Assembly (NCBI GenBank): GCA_045546975.1
Contig: JAZQDV010000010.1
Location: 128,098 to 192,097 of the forward strand
Direction: 5' to 3'
Length of the DNA stretch: 64,000 nt
Source: Eubacteriales bacterium
Lineage (GTDB): Bacteria; Bacillota; Clostridia; Oscillospirales; JAAYXM01
In this document: one piece after another, positions 8,934-17,466 of the stretch
Numbering within the stretch: the stretch's first letter is position 1
How the letters are laid out: every line of letters begins with the position of its first letter
Position numbers and translations under genes: made by a program
The notes under the pieces: model-generated
Database searches by the model: none
What the model saw: the letters and a program-made list of their open reading frames with translations, nothing else
Told to the model about the DNA's origin: nothing

Positions 8934-9527
8934 TTACGCTCCTAAAAGAGAACTTATAAAAATTTCAAGTCCTATAAAGATGAGTATTACGCCGCCGAGG
9001 ATATCGGCAGAGCTTGAAAAATGTGTGCCGAATCTTTTGCCGAGAAAGATACCGCCAAGGCAGATGGCAAAGGTGACAACACCTATTATCGCCGCAGAGA
9101 GAAGTGCCTGAAAAAGACTGTAGGAAGATGTGGTAAAGCCTACTGAAAGCGCGTCGATAGAGGTCGCGATTCCCTGAAGAAGAACTGAAATGAAGGTGAC
9201 TTTTTTGCTCTTTTCTACCTCGAGGGCATTGTGCTTTTTCCCGCTTAAAATCATTGTAATCCCGATGTATCCGAGAAGAACGAGTGCGATAAACGGAACA
9301 AACTTCTGGAAGGTTGCGAAAAATGACGCAACGGTGTGGACACAAAACCAACCAAGAGTAGGCATAAGTGCCTGGAAGAAAGCGAATATCCCTGCTACTC
9401 CAAGCATTTTGATGAAAGGCATTTCGTGTTCGCTAAGCCCGTTTGCAAGTGAAATTGAAAAAGCGTCCATAGCGAGTCCGACGCCGAGACATATACTGTT
9501 GAGAAAAAAGAGAACGGTAAAGTTCAT
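8934..9527 (-). CDS. mntP: manganese efflux pump MntP
   Basis: 197 aa, 6 TM segments, GLAMDAFS motif with an internal repeat. Confidence 0.8.
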   Translation of the reverse strand: MNFTVLFFLNSICLGVGLAMDAFSISLANGLSEHEMPFIKMLGVAGIFAFFQALMPTLGWFCVHTVASFFATFQKFVPFIALVLLGYIGITMILSGKKHNALEVEKSKKVTFISVLLQGIATSIDALSVGFTTSSYSLFQALLSAAIIGVVTFAICLGGIFLGKRFGTHFSSSADILGGVILIFIGLEIFISSLLGA

Positions 9528-9557
9528 AAAACTACACCTTTCAAAATAAGTGTTCTA

Positions 9558-9586
9558 ATTATACCAAAGAGCGAAAGCTTCGTCAA
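9558..9586 (-). promoter_or_regulatory. sigmaA promoter of mntP-pyrR
   Basis: Minus strand TTGACG-N17-TATAAT. The leader is only about 30 nt. Confidence 0.55.
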
Positions 9587-9599
9587 GGCAGGAAAAATA

Positions 9600-9629
9600 T
9601 TGCAAAGGGGCATTGTGTTATGGTATAAT
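9600..9629 (+). promoter_or_regulatory. sigmaA promoter of the gtrA-like operon
   Basis: TTGCAA-N18-TATAAT with a TG extension. Confidence 0.5.
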
Positions 9630-9664
9630 GAGCGTATGTTATCACGGATTGGGGGGGTATAGAT

Positions 9665-10078
9665 ATGCACGAAAGGAAAGAGCTTTTTCGCTTTCTCAAA
9701 TTCGTTGCTTTTTCTGTGAGTGCGGGCGCGATTCAGCTATTAAGCTTTGCGCTTTTCAGTGACCTCATAGATTTAAGCGACTGGTTATCCTATCTGATAG
9801 CTCTTATACTTTCTGTTGTCTGGAACTTCACCTTTAATCGCAAGTTCACGTTCAAGTCAGCGAAGAACGTACCGCTGGCGATGCTTCAGACACTTGCGTT
9901 CTATGCCGTTTTCACACCCGTCACCACATTGGGCGAGAAGTATTTCACAGAAACGCTTCTCTGGAACGGGTACATAGTAACAATTATGAATATGCTCTTG
10001 AACTTCGTGCTCGAATTCTTATATCAGCGCTTTGTGGTTTTCGGAAAGAGCATTGACACTAACATTAAGGAGAAATAA
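9665..10078 (+). CDS. GtrA-family membrane protein
   Basis: 137 aa, 4 TM segments, N-terminal FLKFVAFSVSAGAIQL and WNFTFNRKFTF motif. Confidence 0.75.
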   Translation: MHERKELFRFLKFVAFSVSAGAIQLLSFALFSDLIDLSDWLSYLIALILSVVWNFTFNRKFTFKSAKNVPLAMLQTLAFYAVFTPVTTLGEKYFTETLLWNGYIVTIMNMLLNFVLEFLYQRFVVFGKSIDTNIKEK

Positions 10079-10080
10079 AA

Positions 10081-11043
10081 ATGTCCTGGTTTATATTTGC
10101 ACTTATTGCAACTCTCGGTTGGGGTTGCGCTGATCTTTTTTACAAAAAGGGAACAGATGAAACAGATTCACATTCACACTTAAAGATAGCAGTGTGGGTA
10201 GGCCTTGTGATGGGCGTGTTCGCAATAGCACTCTTGCCGTTTGCGGAGACTGAATTTTCCTTCTCATCGCTCATAACAAACGCCGTAAAATACTCACCCG
10301 CATCACTTGCATACATAGTTTCAATGGTAATCGGCTATGCAGGATTGCGCTACCTTGAGCTTTCGATCGTATCACCGGTCCAGAACGCATCAGGCGCACT
10401 CTCAACGGTTGTAATGCTCATCTTCTTCACAGTAACGGGAAGCGTCACAAGCATTATGGAAGAGTTTGCTCTTCTTGATATAATCGCAACAGTACTCATC
10501 GTTTTGGGCGTTGTTGCTCTTGCGATTGTCGAGCAGAGACTTTCCCGCGAGGAGCTTTCAGGAAGCGACAAAAAGTATCGCATAAGCGCACTTGCGCTTC
10601 TCTTTCCGATACTCTACTGCGTGTTTGACACGGTAGGTACCGCGGCGGACGGAATAATTCTTGACGAGGTAACAGGCCTCGGCCTTGGTGAGATAGACGT
10701 TATAATCCTCTACGGTCTCACATTCCTTCTCGCAGGCATTGTTGCGTGGGTATATATGCTCATCAGAACAAAGCGCGCATATAACCCGTTTGCTGCATCC
10801 GAGATAAAGACCAAGGGCGTAGCCGCACTCTGCGAGGAGTTCGGACAGGTATTCTATGTTTATGCTATGGCAGCACGTCCTATGCTTGCAGCACCGATGA
10901 TAGGCTCGTACTGCATCGTGTCTGTAATTCTCTCACGTATATTCTTAAAAGAAAAGCTCCGCGCATCGCAGTATGCTTGCGTAATTTCCGTAATAGTGGG
11001 TATAGTAATGCTCGGTATTTCCGAAGGCCTTGCGGAGATGTAA
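10081..11043 (+). CDS. DMT-superfamily (EamA-like) transporter
   Basis: 320 aa, about 10 TM segments, two-repeat architecture, 2 nt after the gtrA-like gene. Confidence 0.6.
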   Translation: MSWFIFALIATLGWGCADLFYKKGTDETDSHSHLKIAVWVGLVMGVFAIALLPFAETEFSFSSLITNAVKYSPASLAYIVSMVIGYAGLRYLELSIVSPVQNASGALSTVVMLIFFTVTGSVTSIMEEFALLDIIATVLIVLGVVALAIVEQRLSREELSGSDKKYRISALALLFPILYCVFDTVGTAADGIILDEVTGLGLGEIDVIILYGLTFLLAGIVAWVYMLIRTKRAYNPFAASEIKTKGVAALCEEFGQVFYVYAMAARPMLAAPMIGSYCIVSVILSRIFLKEKLRASQYACVISVIVGIVMLGISEGLAEM

Positions 11044-11068
11044 TAACGCGGATAGCGGGAGGCAATAA

Positions 11069-11530
11069 ATGAACGCATTTATCGACATTCTGACAAATCG
11101 ATATTTTCTCACAGCGATTACTGCGTGGTTTTTGGCACAGGTATTGAAGCTCATCATCCACACAATAATATATAAGAAGTTTGACATAGCAAGATTTGTC
11201 GGTGACGGCGGTATGCCGAGCGGACATTCTGCGACCGTGGCAGCCCTTGCAACAGTTTGCGGTCTTGGTATGGGTTGCGGAAGCTTTGAGTTTGCGATAA
11301 GCTTAGTTCTTGCGATAATCGTGTGCCATGACGCCATGGGCGTGCGCCGTGAAACAGGCAAGCAGGCGATTCTCTTAAACGACATTGTGGAAGCCTTCAA
11401 CGGCCTTGCCGAGGAAAAGCTTCCCGAGGTGAAGCTCAAGGAGTTTGTAGGGCATACGCCCATTCAGGTATTTTCCGGCATACTTCTGGGTGTAGTCACC
11501 GCGGTAGTTATGTTTAATATCCTTTTCTGA
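11069..11530 (+). CDS. divergent PAP2-family protein (DUF212)
   Basis: 153 aa with a GGMPSGHSA motif. Confidence 0.75.
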   Translation: MNAFIDILTNRYFLTAITAWFLAQVLKLIIHTIIYKKFDIARFVGDGGMPSGHSATVAALATVCGLGMGCGSFEFAISLVLAIIVCHDAMGVRRETGKQAILLNDIVEAFNGLAEEKLPEVKLKEFVGHTPIQVFSGILLGVVTAVVMFNILF

Positions 11531-11542
11531 TAGGGGAGTATT

Positions 11543-12274
11543 ATGTCAAGGTTTTTTGTTGATAGGGAGAATATCTCTGAAACCGAGGTTATAATCCTCG
11601 GCGACGATGTCAAGCACATATCAAAGGTGTTGCGCCTTCGTGTTGGCGATGAGATACTTGTAAGCGATAAATGTAAGACGGATTATACCTGCACCGTGTC
11701 TGAAATCTCACAGAGTGAGGTGAAGGCAAAAATTTGCCAAAAAAGCGAAAATACTGCTGAGCCTCCTGTATACATCACGCTCTATCAGGGTCTCCCAAAG
11801 AGCGATAAGATGGACTACATCGTACAAAAGTGTGTTGAGCTCGGAGTATCTGAAATAACCCCCGTGATAACAAAGCGCGTTGTGGGATTACCCCACGACA
11901 GCGAAAAGAAAATACTTCGTTGGCAGAGGAAAGCGGAAGAAGCTGCAAAGCAGTGCGGGCGCGGTATTGTTCCCAAGATAAACGCGCCTGTTGATTTCAA
12001 GTCCGTAATTTTGCAAATGTCAAAGAGTGAGAGCTTGAATCTTATGCCGTATGAATGCGAGTCTGACGGTAAGCTCAGAGACACACTTAAGTCATTTGAC
12101 GGAACGAATATAAACGTATTGATCGGGCCTGAGGGCGGTTTTGAAGAAAGCGAGGTAACACTTGCCCGCGAAAACGGAATTTCAACCGTCACGCTCGGTC
12201 CGAGAATACTGAGAACCGAAACCGCACCACTTGCGGTAATCTCGGCGATAATGTACGCCTGTGGCGACTGGTAA
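11543..12274 (+). CDS. rsmE: 16S rRNA (uracil1498-N3)-methyltransferase
   Basis: 243 aa with the RFFV N-terminus and C-terminal GPEGGF...LG.RILRTETA motif. Confidence 0.85.
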   Translation: MSRFFVDRENISETEVIILGDDVKHISKVLRLRVGDEILVSDKCKTDYTCTVSEISQSEVKAKICQKSENTAEPPVYITLYQGLPKSDKMDYIVQKCVELGVSEITPVITKRVVGLPHDSEKKILRWQRKAEEAAKQCGRGIVPKINAPVDFKSVILQMSKSESLNLMPYECESDGKLRDTLKSFDGTNINVLIGPEGGFEESEVTLARENGISTVTLGPRILRTETAPLAVISAIMYACGDW

Positions 12275-12288
12275 AGTAGGAGAAAACA

Positions 12289-12990
12289 ATGCTTGAACGA
12301 CTTCAAAAAATCATAGCCTCTTGCGGCGAATGTTCACGGCGCAATGCGGAAAAGCTCATAGCGGAAGGTCGCGTGCGCGTAAACGGTCGTGTTGCAGGCC
12401 TTGGCGATAAGGCGGACGCGGAAAAGGACACGATCGAGGTAAACGGCCGAGTAATATCGGGTGGTGAGCGTTATTACATAATGCTCAACAAACCGCGAGG
12501 TTATATCACGTCGCTCGATGATGAAAAGGACCGTAAAACGGTGGACGAGCTTGTTGATGTCGGAACACGTGTCCACCCGGTAGGCAGGCTTGACTATAAC
12601 TCGGAGGGACTTTTGCTTATGACAAACGACGGTGAGCTGACATATCGTCTCACTCACCCGTCGCACGAGATTCCCAAAGGCTATATAGTAACGGTCAAGG
12701 GAAACCTCGAGGAAGGGCTGACAACGCTCAAATCATCTATTGAGATAGACGGTCGCCTCACGCGTCCTGCGGATGTAAACGTCATCCGTGAACGAACGGA
12801 CGGAGGACTTTTGCACATAATTCTCCGCGAGGGACGAAATCGCCAGATACGTCGTATGTGCGAGGCAGCAAACCTCAAGGTACTTCGATTAAAGCGTGTT
12901 TCTCTCGGTGACCTTGTTCTTGACAGGCTCCCGATCGGAAGATGGCGCCACTTAACCGAGCGCGAAGTGAAATACTTAAAATCATTATAA
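12289..12990 (+). CDS. rluB: RsuA/RluB-family pseudouridine synthase
   Basis: S4 domain N-terminus (RLQKIIASCGECSRR) and catalytic HPVGRLDYNSEGLLL. Confidence 0.8.
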   Translation: MLERLQKIIASCGECSRRNAEKLIAEGRVRVNGRVAGLGDKADAEKDTIEVNGRVISGGERYYIMLNKPRGYITSLDDEKDRKTVDELVDVGTRVHPVGRLDYNSEGLLLMTNDGELTYRLTHPSHEIPKGYIVTVKGNLEEGLTTLKSSIEIDGRLTRPADVNVIRERTDGGLLHIILREGRNRQIRRMCEAANLKVLRLKRVSLGDLVLDRLPIGRWRHLTEREVKYLKSL

Positions 12991-13031
12991 AAAATAGCGT
13001 TCTCTTATAAAAAAGAGAACGCTATTTTTTT
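12991..13031. terminator. bidirectional intrinsic terminator
   Basis: TAGCGTTCTCTT-loop-AAGAGAACGCTA flanked by A and T runs. Confidence 0.7.
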
Positions 13032-13037
13032 ACATAT

Positions 13038-14189
13038 TTATATATCAGAAAGTTTCTTTTTCTCAAGCCTTCTGTCGATAAACCTTTTTGCAAAGGCGTA
13101 TAGTACCGAGAAGGTAGGAACTGCGAGGATAACACCGAGCACTCCGAAGAGACCGCCTCCGACGAGTATCGAGAAAATAACCCAGAAAGAAGAAAGCCCT
13201 GTGGTTTTGCCAACGATTTTAGGAACGAGTAAATTTCCGTCAAGCTGTTGAAGAACGATAATCATAATAATGAAGAGTATAACCTTTGACGGCTGTACCA
13301 TAAGTAAGATAAACGCGCTGGGCACAGCTCCTATAAACGGGCCGACGAACGGAATGAAGTTTGTGATAAGTATTATCATGCTGATAAGAAGTGCATACTC
13401 CATACCTAAAACCGACATAAGGACAAAGCAGAGCGCGCCGAGTATAGCGCAGTCGAGAATCTGTCCTGAGAGGTACTTTGCAAAAGTTTCGTGTAAAAAC
13501 GAGAAGGTGGAGAGCATTTCAGAGACAAATTTATCAGGGAATAGCGCAAACAAACATTTCTTGATCTGTGCCGCAAACTTTTCCTTGCCGCTGAGCATAT
13601 ATATCGAGATAATAAGCCCGATGAAGAAGTTATAAATGCCGGAACCGATAGAGACGGAAAAATCCACGAGCTTCGGAAGTCCCGTCGCAATGTATTGCGT
13701 GAGCTTCTTGAAAAACTCACTTGATGAGCCGAGAATATCCGTCAGTATATTCGCGTCAAGGTTATAGTGTGCGGAGAGTTTGTTGAGTGCAGCGGTTATG
13801 GATTTTATATACCCGTCTGCGTTCTGTGCGAGGGTAGAGAGACTTTCAATAAGCTGCGGGATAATCGAGTAGATAATAAGTGCAAAAAGGGAAAGCACGA
13901 GTAGTATTGAAACCGCAATAGAAATCCCGCGGTTTATTCCGTGCTGCTTCTTGCACTTTTTGAGAAAGTGCGCATCGAGAAATCCGTTAAGCGCATTGAC
14001 GGGTCGAGCGAGCAGATAAGCAATTGCAAACCCGATAAAAAACGGAGAGAGAATATTAAAAAACTTTTTTATTGCGCCAAAGATTCCGCTGAGATTCTGA
14101 ATAAGAAAGAAGAACAGAACAGCGATAATAAGCGTGAGAGAATATGTGATGACCTTTGAAGTGTCATTTTCCGTCCACTTGAATTTCAT
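13038..14189 (-). CDS. AI-2E family transporter (PerM-like)
   Basis: ORF 13038..14612 with the start moved to ATG 14189 (MKFKWTEND, SD GGGAGGTG). Polytopic. The upstream 141 codons run through a promoter and repeats. Confidence 0.8.
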   Translation of the reverse strand: MKFKWTENDTSKVITYSLTLIIAVLFFFLIQNLSGIFGAIKKFFNILSPFFIGFAIAYLLARPVNALNGFLDAHFLKKCKKQHGINRGISIAVSILLVLSLFALIIYSIIPQLIESLSTLAQNADGYIKSITAALNKLSAHYNLDANILTDILGSSSEFFKKLTQYIATGLPKLVDFSVSIGSGIYNFFIGLIISIYMLSGKEKFAAQIKKCLFALFPDKFVSEMLSTFSFLHETFAKYLSGQILDCAILGALCFVLMSVLGMEYALLISMIILITNFIPFVGPFIGAVPSAFILLMVQPSKVILFIIMIIVLQQLDGNLLVPKIVGKTTGLSSFWVIFSILVGGGLFGVLGVILAVPTFSVLYAFAKRFIDRRLEKKKLSDI

Positions 14190-14220
14190 AGTGCACCTCC
14201 CGTAAAAGAATACAAAAGTA

Positions 14221-14250
14221 ATTATATTCCTTTTACCTGCCGAATGCAAG
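14221..14250 (-). promoter_or_regulatory. sigmaA promoter of the AI-2E transporter gene
   Basis: Minus strand TTGCAT-N17-TATAAT. Confidence 0.55.
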
Positions 14251-14327
14251 AGAGAAAGTAACATATTAAAATAATACCACATAGAATAAAGCGGACAAGA
14301 GTCTTGTCCGAATAACAGAAAAGGAGA

Positions 14328-14507
14328 ATGAAAATGAACTGCTTCCTCTCGAATCTCTTTTGCTGCGGGCAGAGGAGAAGATACAACTGCCGAGATAACG
14401 TAAGAACAAGGATAGTTGATGCCGGTGGCAGAAGCTCGTGCGCTTGCGAATGTGGGTGCGGATGCGAGTGCTGTCCGTGTGAGCATCACCACCGCCGCTG
14501 CTACTAA
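14328..14507 (+). CDS. hypothetical Cys/His-rich small protein (59 aa; alternative start 14334)
   Basis: Below the ORF-track cutoff. Sequence MKMNCFLSNLFCCGQRRRYNCRDNVRTRIVDAGGRSSCACECGCGCECCPCEHHHRRCY. SD AAGGAGA lies 6 nt before the second ATG. A strong hairpin starts 14 nt after the stop. AC-N17-CATAGAATA lies upstream. Confidence 0.35.
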   Translation: MKMNCFLSNLFCCGQRRRYNCRDNVRTRIVDAGGRSSCACECGCGCECCPCEHHHRRCY

Positions 14508-14521
14508 AAAGTTTTCTCCGT

Positions 14522-14547
14522 GCCGAGTGTCCTTTTGGACACTCGGC
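14522..14547 (+). terminator. stem-loop after the Cys-rich ORF
   Basis: GCCGAGTGTCC-TTTT-GGACACTCGGC (11-bp stem, no clear T-tract). Confidence 0.4.
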
Positions 14548-14570
14548 ATCGTCATAAATTCCACCCCCAC

Positions 14571-14647
14571 AAAAGCCTTCTCCTTGAGGAGAAGGTGGGT
14601 TTTGCGAAGCAAAACTCGGATGAGGTGGAGATAGTAAGGTGTGACGG
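14571..14647 (+). repeat. modular hairpin repeat, copy R1 (M1+M2)
   Basis: AAAAGCCTTCTCCTTGAGGAGAAGGTGGGTTTTGCGAAGCAAAACTCGGATGAGGTGGAGATAGTAAGGTG. Near-identical to 20984-21053 and 20459-20515. Confidence 0.85.
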
Positions 14648-14712
14648 ATAATGTGCAAGTCTTGCAAAATACTACCTATATATGGTAGAATATAAAAATG
14701 TAGGTGATATCA

Positions 14713-15759
14713 ATGATAAAGCGCGTAACTGATGCCGACCGCGGCAGATACGATGAATTTATAAAATCACATAAAAACGGCCACTTCATGCAGTCGCTTT
14801 CGTGGGCGGAGTTCAAGTCACCGCAAAAAAGCTTTGCACTTCTTTGCGAGGATGAGACATGTAACGTCACGGGCGCAATGCTCTTATTTCTCCAGAAAGA
14901 GAGGCGCACGGGCAAGACCTTTCTCTACTCTCCCCGTGGTCCCGTCTGTGATAGGGATGAGAGCAGGACACTTTCAGAGCTCCTCTCGGGTGCGCGCGCA
15001 CTTGCAGAGGAAATCGGCGCATATAAGCTGACTCTCGACCCCGACATTACCGAAAAAGACGAGGTATGGCTCTCTGCTTTCCGTAATCTCGGTGCAAGAG
15101 TGGGTGAGAATGCGCGCGATAACGGTATACTTCAGCCGTTTGCCGTGTACCGCATTGATGTTGACAAAACCGACGACGAGCTTATGGCGTCCTACCATTC
15201 CAAGGCACGTTACAGTGTCCGCACATCAATAAAGAGCGGCGCAACGTGTAGGATAGGTGAGCGCGACGATATCCCGACCTTTGTCCGCTTGCTTGAAAAT
15301 ACCGCGGAAAAGGACGGCTTTGTCGCAAGAAACGAAAAGTATTTTTATGATATGTACGATGCCCTCGGTGAGGACTCGGTCAAGATATTCATAGTGGAGT
15401 ATGAGGGTGAGGCAATAGCAGGCTCGGTGCTCCTTCGCTATGGCAAAAAGACATGGCACATGTATGCGGGCAGCAGCTCTGAGCATAAAGACGTTCTTCC
15501 GAGCTTTCTTATGCAATGGGAGATGCAACGCTTCTCGCGTGATGTCGGCGCACCGCTCTATGATATGCGCGGTATCGCAGGTGCTGCGGATAAGCTAAAA
15601 CCGATAGAGGGCCTTGTCCGATTCAAAAAGCGTTTTGGCGGCGAGCTTATAAGCTTCGTCGGAAGGATAGATGTTGTATACGACAGTCGCACAGACCGCC
15701 TTTGCCGTTTTGTAAAGTGGCTCGAGTTTACAGCGCGTAAAATACTTGGAAGGGGATAA
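14713..15759 (+). CDS. FemAB-family peptidoglycan interpeptide-bridge aminoacyltransferase
   Basis: About 348 aa with a typical FemX/MurM-like N-terminus (FIKSHKNGHFMQSLSWAEFK). Start set to ATG 14713, behind AGGTGA. Confidence 0.75.
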   Translation: MIKRVTDADRGRYDEFIKSHKNGHFMQSLSWAEFKSPQKSFALLCEDETCNVTGAMLLFLQKERRTGKTFLYSPRGPVCDRDESRTLSELLSGARALAEEIGAYKLTLDPDITEKDEVWLSAFRNLGARVGENARDNGILQPFAVYRIDVDKTDDELMASYHSKARYSVRTSIKSGATCRIGERDDIPTFVRLLENTAEKDGFVARNEKYFYDMYDALGEDSVKIFIVEYEGEAIAGSVLLRYGKKTWHMYAGSSSEHKDVLPSFLMQWEMQRFSRDVGAPLYDMRGIAGAADKLKPIEGLVRFKKRFGGELISFVGRIDVVYDSRTDRLCRFVKWLEFTARKILGRG

Positions 15760-15762
15760 GTA

Positions 15763-16824
15763 ATGATACAGTATGTTACCGATGCCGAAAGCGCAAAGAA
15801 ATACGAAACCTTCGTAGCTTCACATCCGCGCGGGCATTTTGTCAAGTCGCTCAAATGGGCGGCGTTCAAAAAACCGTATAAGTGCGATGCGTTTATGTCA
15901 GTTGATGAAGATGGCAACGTTCTTGGCAGTATGCTCATTATGACAAGCCGCGTGCCGAAGACTAAGTACACGCACATGTACTGCCCCCGCGGTCCCGTAA
16001 CGACCGACGGCGATACGGCAACGCTTTTAGAGCTCCTTGCCGAGAGCAGAAAGCTCGGTGAAAAGTATAACGCCTATGAGCTCTCGATCGACCCCGACAT
16101 ATTAGAAGATGACCCGTACCTTTCAGAGCTTACCTCAGCAGGCTTTGCGGTAAATAATACAAAGCACCGCCCTGAATATCTCCAGGCGCGCTATGTTTTC
16201 CGCCTCCCGATAAACGGCAGGGATGAGGAGGAGGTATTTAACTCCTTCCACTCCAAAACACGCTATAATGTTCGCCTTTCTGTAAAGAAGGGAGTAACGA
16301 GCCGTATCGGAACAAAAGAAGATTTACCTGCGTTTGTTGAAATAATGAAGGAAACCGCCGTGCGCGACGGCTTTATGGCACGAAGCCTCAAGTACTTTGA
16401 GGATATGTATGATGCTCTTGCTCCCGATAACCTCCGCCTCTATCTTATGGAATATGAAGGTCAGGTAATCTCGGGCGCGGTCGCGATTCTCTACGGCGAT
16501 AAGGTGTGGTATCTCTACGGCGCAAGCAGTAACCGCGAGCGCAACCGTATGCCAAACTATATGATGCAGTGGGAAATGATAAAGTGGACCATTGAAAATA
16601 AGTGCAATATCTATGACTTCCGCGGTATCACGGGCGATATGGAAAAAACACAGCTCGACGGCCTTATAAGATTCAAGGCAGGCTTCGCAGGTGAGCGGTG
16701 CGACTTTGTCGGCAAGCTCGATATGATATTCAAGCCCCGCGCTGCAAAGATAATCGAGAGCGTGCAGTCAAACTACCGCGCCCTCGTCCGCAAAATCGGA
16801 GTATTTAAGTCAAGGCTTAAATAA
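15763..16824 (+). CDS. FemAB-family peptidoglycan interpeptide-bridge aminoacyltransferase (tandem paralog)
   Basis: 353 aa, collinear and clearly homologous to the preceding ORF (FVASHPRGHFVKSLKWAAFK, MQWEMI, RFKAGFAGE). Confidence 0.75.
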   Translation: MIQYVTDAESAKKYETFVASHPRGHFVKSLKWAAFKKPYKCDAFMSVDEDGNVLGSMLIMTSRVPKTKYTHMYCPRGPVTTDGDTATLLELLAESRKLGEKYNAYELSIDPDILEDDPYLSELTSAGFAVNNTKHRPEYLQARYVFRLPINGRDEEEVFNSFHSKTRYNVRLSVKKGVTSRIGTKEDLPAFVEIMKETAVRDGFMARSLKYFEDMYDALAPDNLRLYLMEYEGQVISGAVAILYGDKVWYLYGASSNRERNRMPNYMMQWEMIKWTIENKCNIYDFRGITGDMEKTQLDGLIRFKAGFAGERCDFVGKLDMIFKPRAAKIIESVQSNYRALVRKIGVFKSRLK

Positions 16825-16894
16825 AAAAGCCTTCTCCTTGAGGAGAAGGTGTCACGAAGTGACGGATGAGGTGTAAGATGCTGAGGTGTAACGG
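16825..16894 (+). repeat. modular hairpin repeat, copy R2 (M1+M2')
   Basis: AAAAGCCTTCTCCTTGAGGAGAAGGTGTCACGAAGTGACGGATGAGGTGTAAGATGCTGAGGTGTAACGG. Contains the left 40-bp direct repeat (16847-16886) and supplies the SD GAGGTG of the DUF559 gene. Confidence 0.85.
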
Positions 16895-17311
16895 ATGAAC
16901 AAAACAAATAACTCGGACCTGACCGGTAATTCGAGAAACCTACGAAAAAATATGACAAAGGAAGAACGCCACCTCTGGTATGATTTCTTGAAAGGTATAC
17001 CTGCCACTGTACACAGACAAAAGGTGATAGGGAAGTATATAGTTGATTTTTATATAGCGTCATCCAAGATTGTTATTGAACTTGACGGTTCGCAACATTA
17101 TGAAGAAAATGGAATCGAACGAGACTCGAAACGAGATGCGTGGTTAGGCAGTTTGGGAATTAAGGTGTTAAGATATTCAAATTCAGACATAAACCAAAGG
17201 TTTGAAAGTGTTTGTCAGGATATACTTAATAATATTAACACCTCATCAGTCTCGCTTTGCTCGACAGCTTCCCCTCAAGGGGAAGCCTCTTACCAAAAGC
17301 CTTCTCCTTGA
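16895..17311 (+). CDS. DUF559 (Vsr-like endonuclease fold) protein, copy A
   Basis: The core RKNMTKEERHLWYDFLK...VIELDGSQH...GIKVLRYSN is typical of DUF559. The last ~24 codons read into repeat module M3, whereas copy B stops at the equivalent of codon 115. Confidence 0.75.
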   Translation: MNKTNNSDLTGNSRNLRKNMTKEERHLWYDFLKGIPATVHRQKVIGKYIVDFYIASSKIVIELDGSQHYEENGIERDSKRDAWLGSLGIKVLRYSNSDINQRFESVCQDILNNINTSSVSLCSTASPQGEASYQKPSP

Positions 17312-17441
17312 GGTAGTGGAGCGAAGCGGAATGTCGGCTCGGTAGTGAATGACAGTCCGGTGGACTGTCAGAGCCGAGACGTGCCCGAGCCGCAGCGAGA
17401 CAGGTGTCACGAAGTGACGGATGAGGTGTAAGATGCTGAGG
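17239..17441 (+). repeat. modular repeat block R3 (M3 + partial M1 + long hairpin + M2')
   Basis: CACCTCATCAGTCTCGCTTTGCTCGACAGCTTCCCCTCAAGGGGAAGCCTC, then AAAAGCCTTCTCCTTGAGG, then the hairpin CTCGG..TGACAGTCC-GGT-GGACTGTCA..CCGAG, then the right 40-bp direct repeat (17402-17441). Confidence 0.85.
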
Positions 17442-17466
17442 AGAAAACCTGCGAACAAGGTGAGCT

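Noticed and set aside
9528-9664. Looked for a yybP-ykoY Mn2+ riboswitch upstream of mntP
   Set aside because: The TTGACG-N17-TATAAT promoter lies only about 30 nt from the start codon. That leaves no room for the ~100-nt four-helix motif, and its conserved blocks are absent.
14190-14667. N-terminal extension of the AI-2E ORF (to 14612), the 133-aa minus ORF 14266..14667 and the 72-aa plus ORF 14416..14634
   Set aside because: All three read through a mapped promoter, a hairpin and repeat copy R1. The repeat-derived peptide (…KAFSLRRRWVLRSKTRMRWR) recurs wherever the repeat occurs, so the ORFs are artefacts of repeat sequence.
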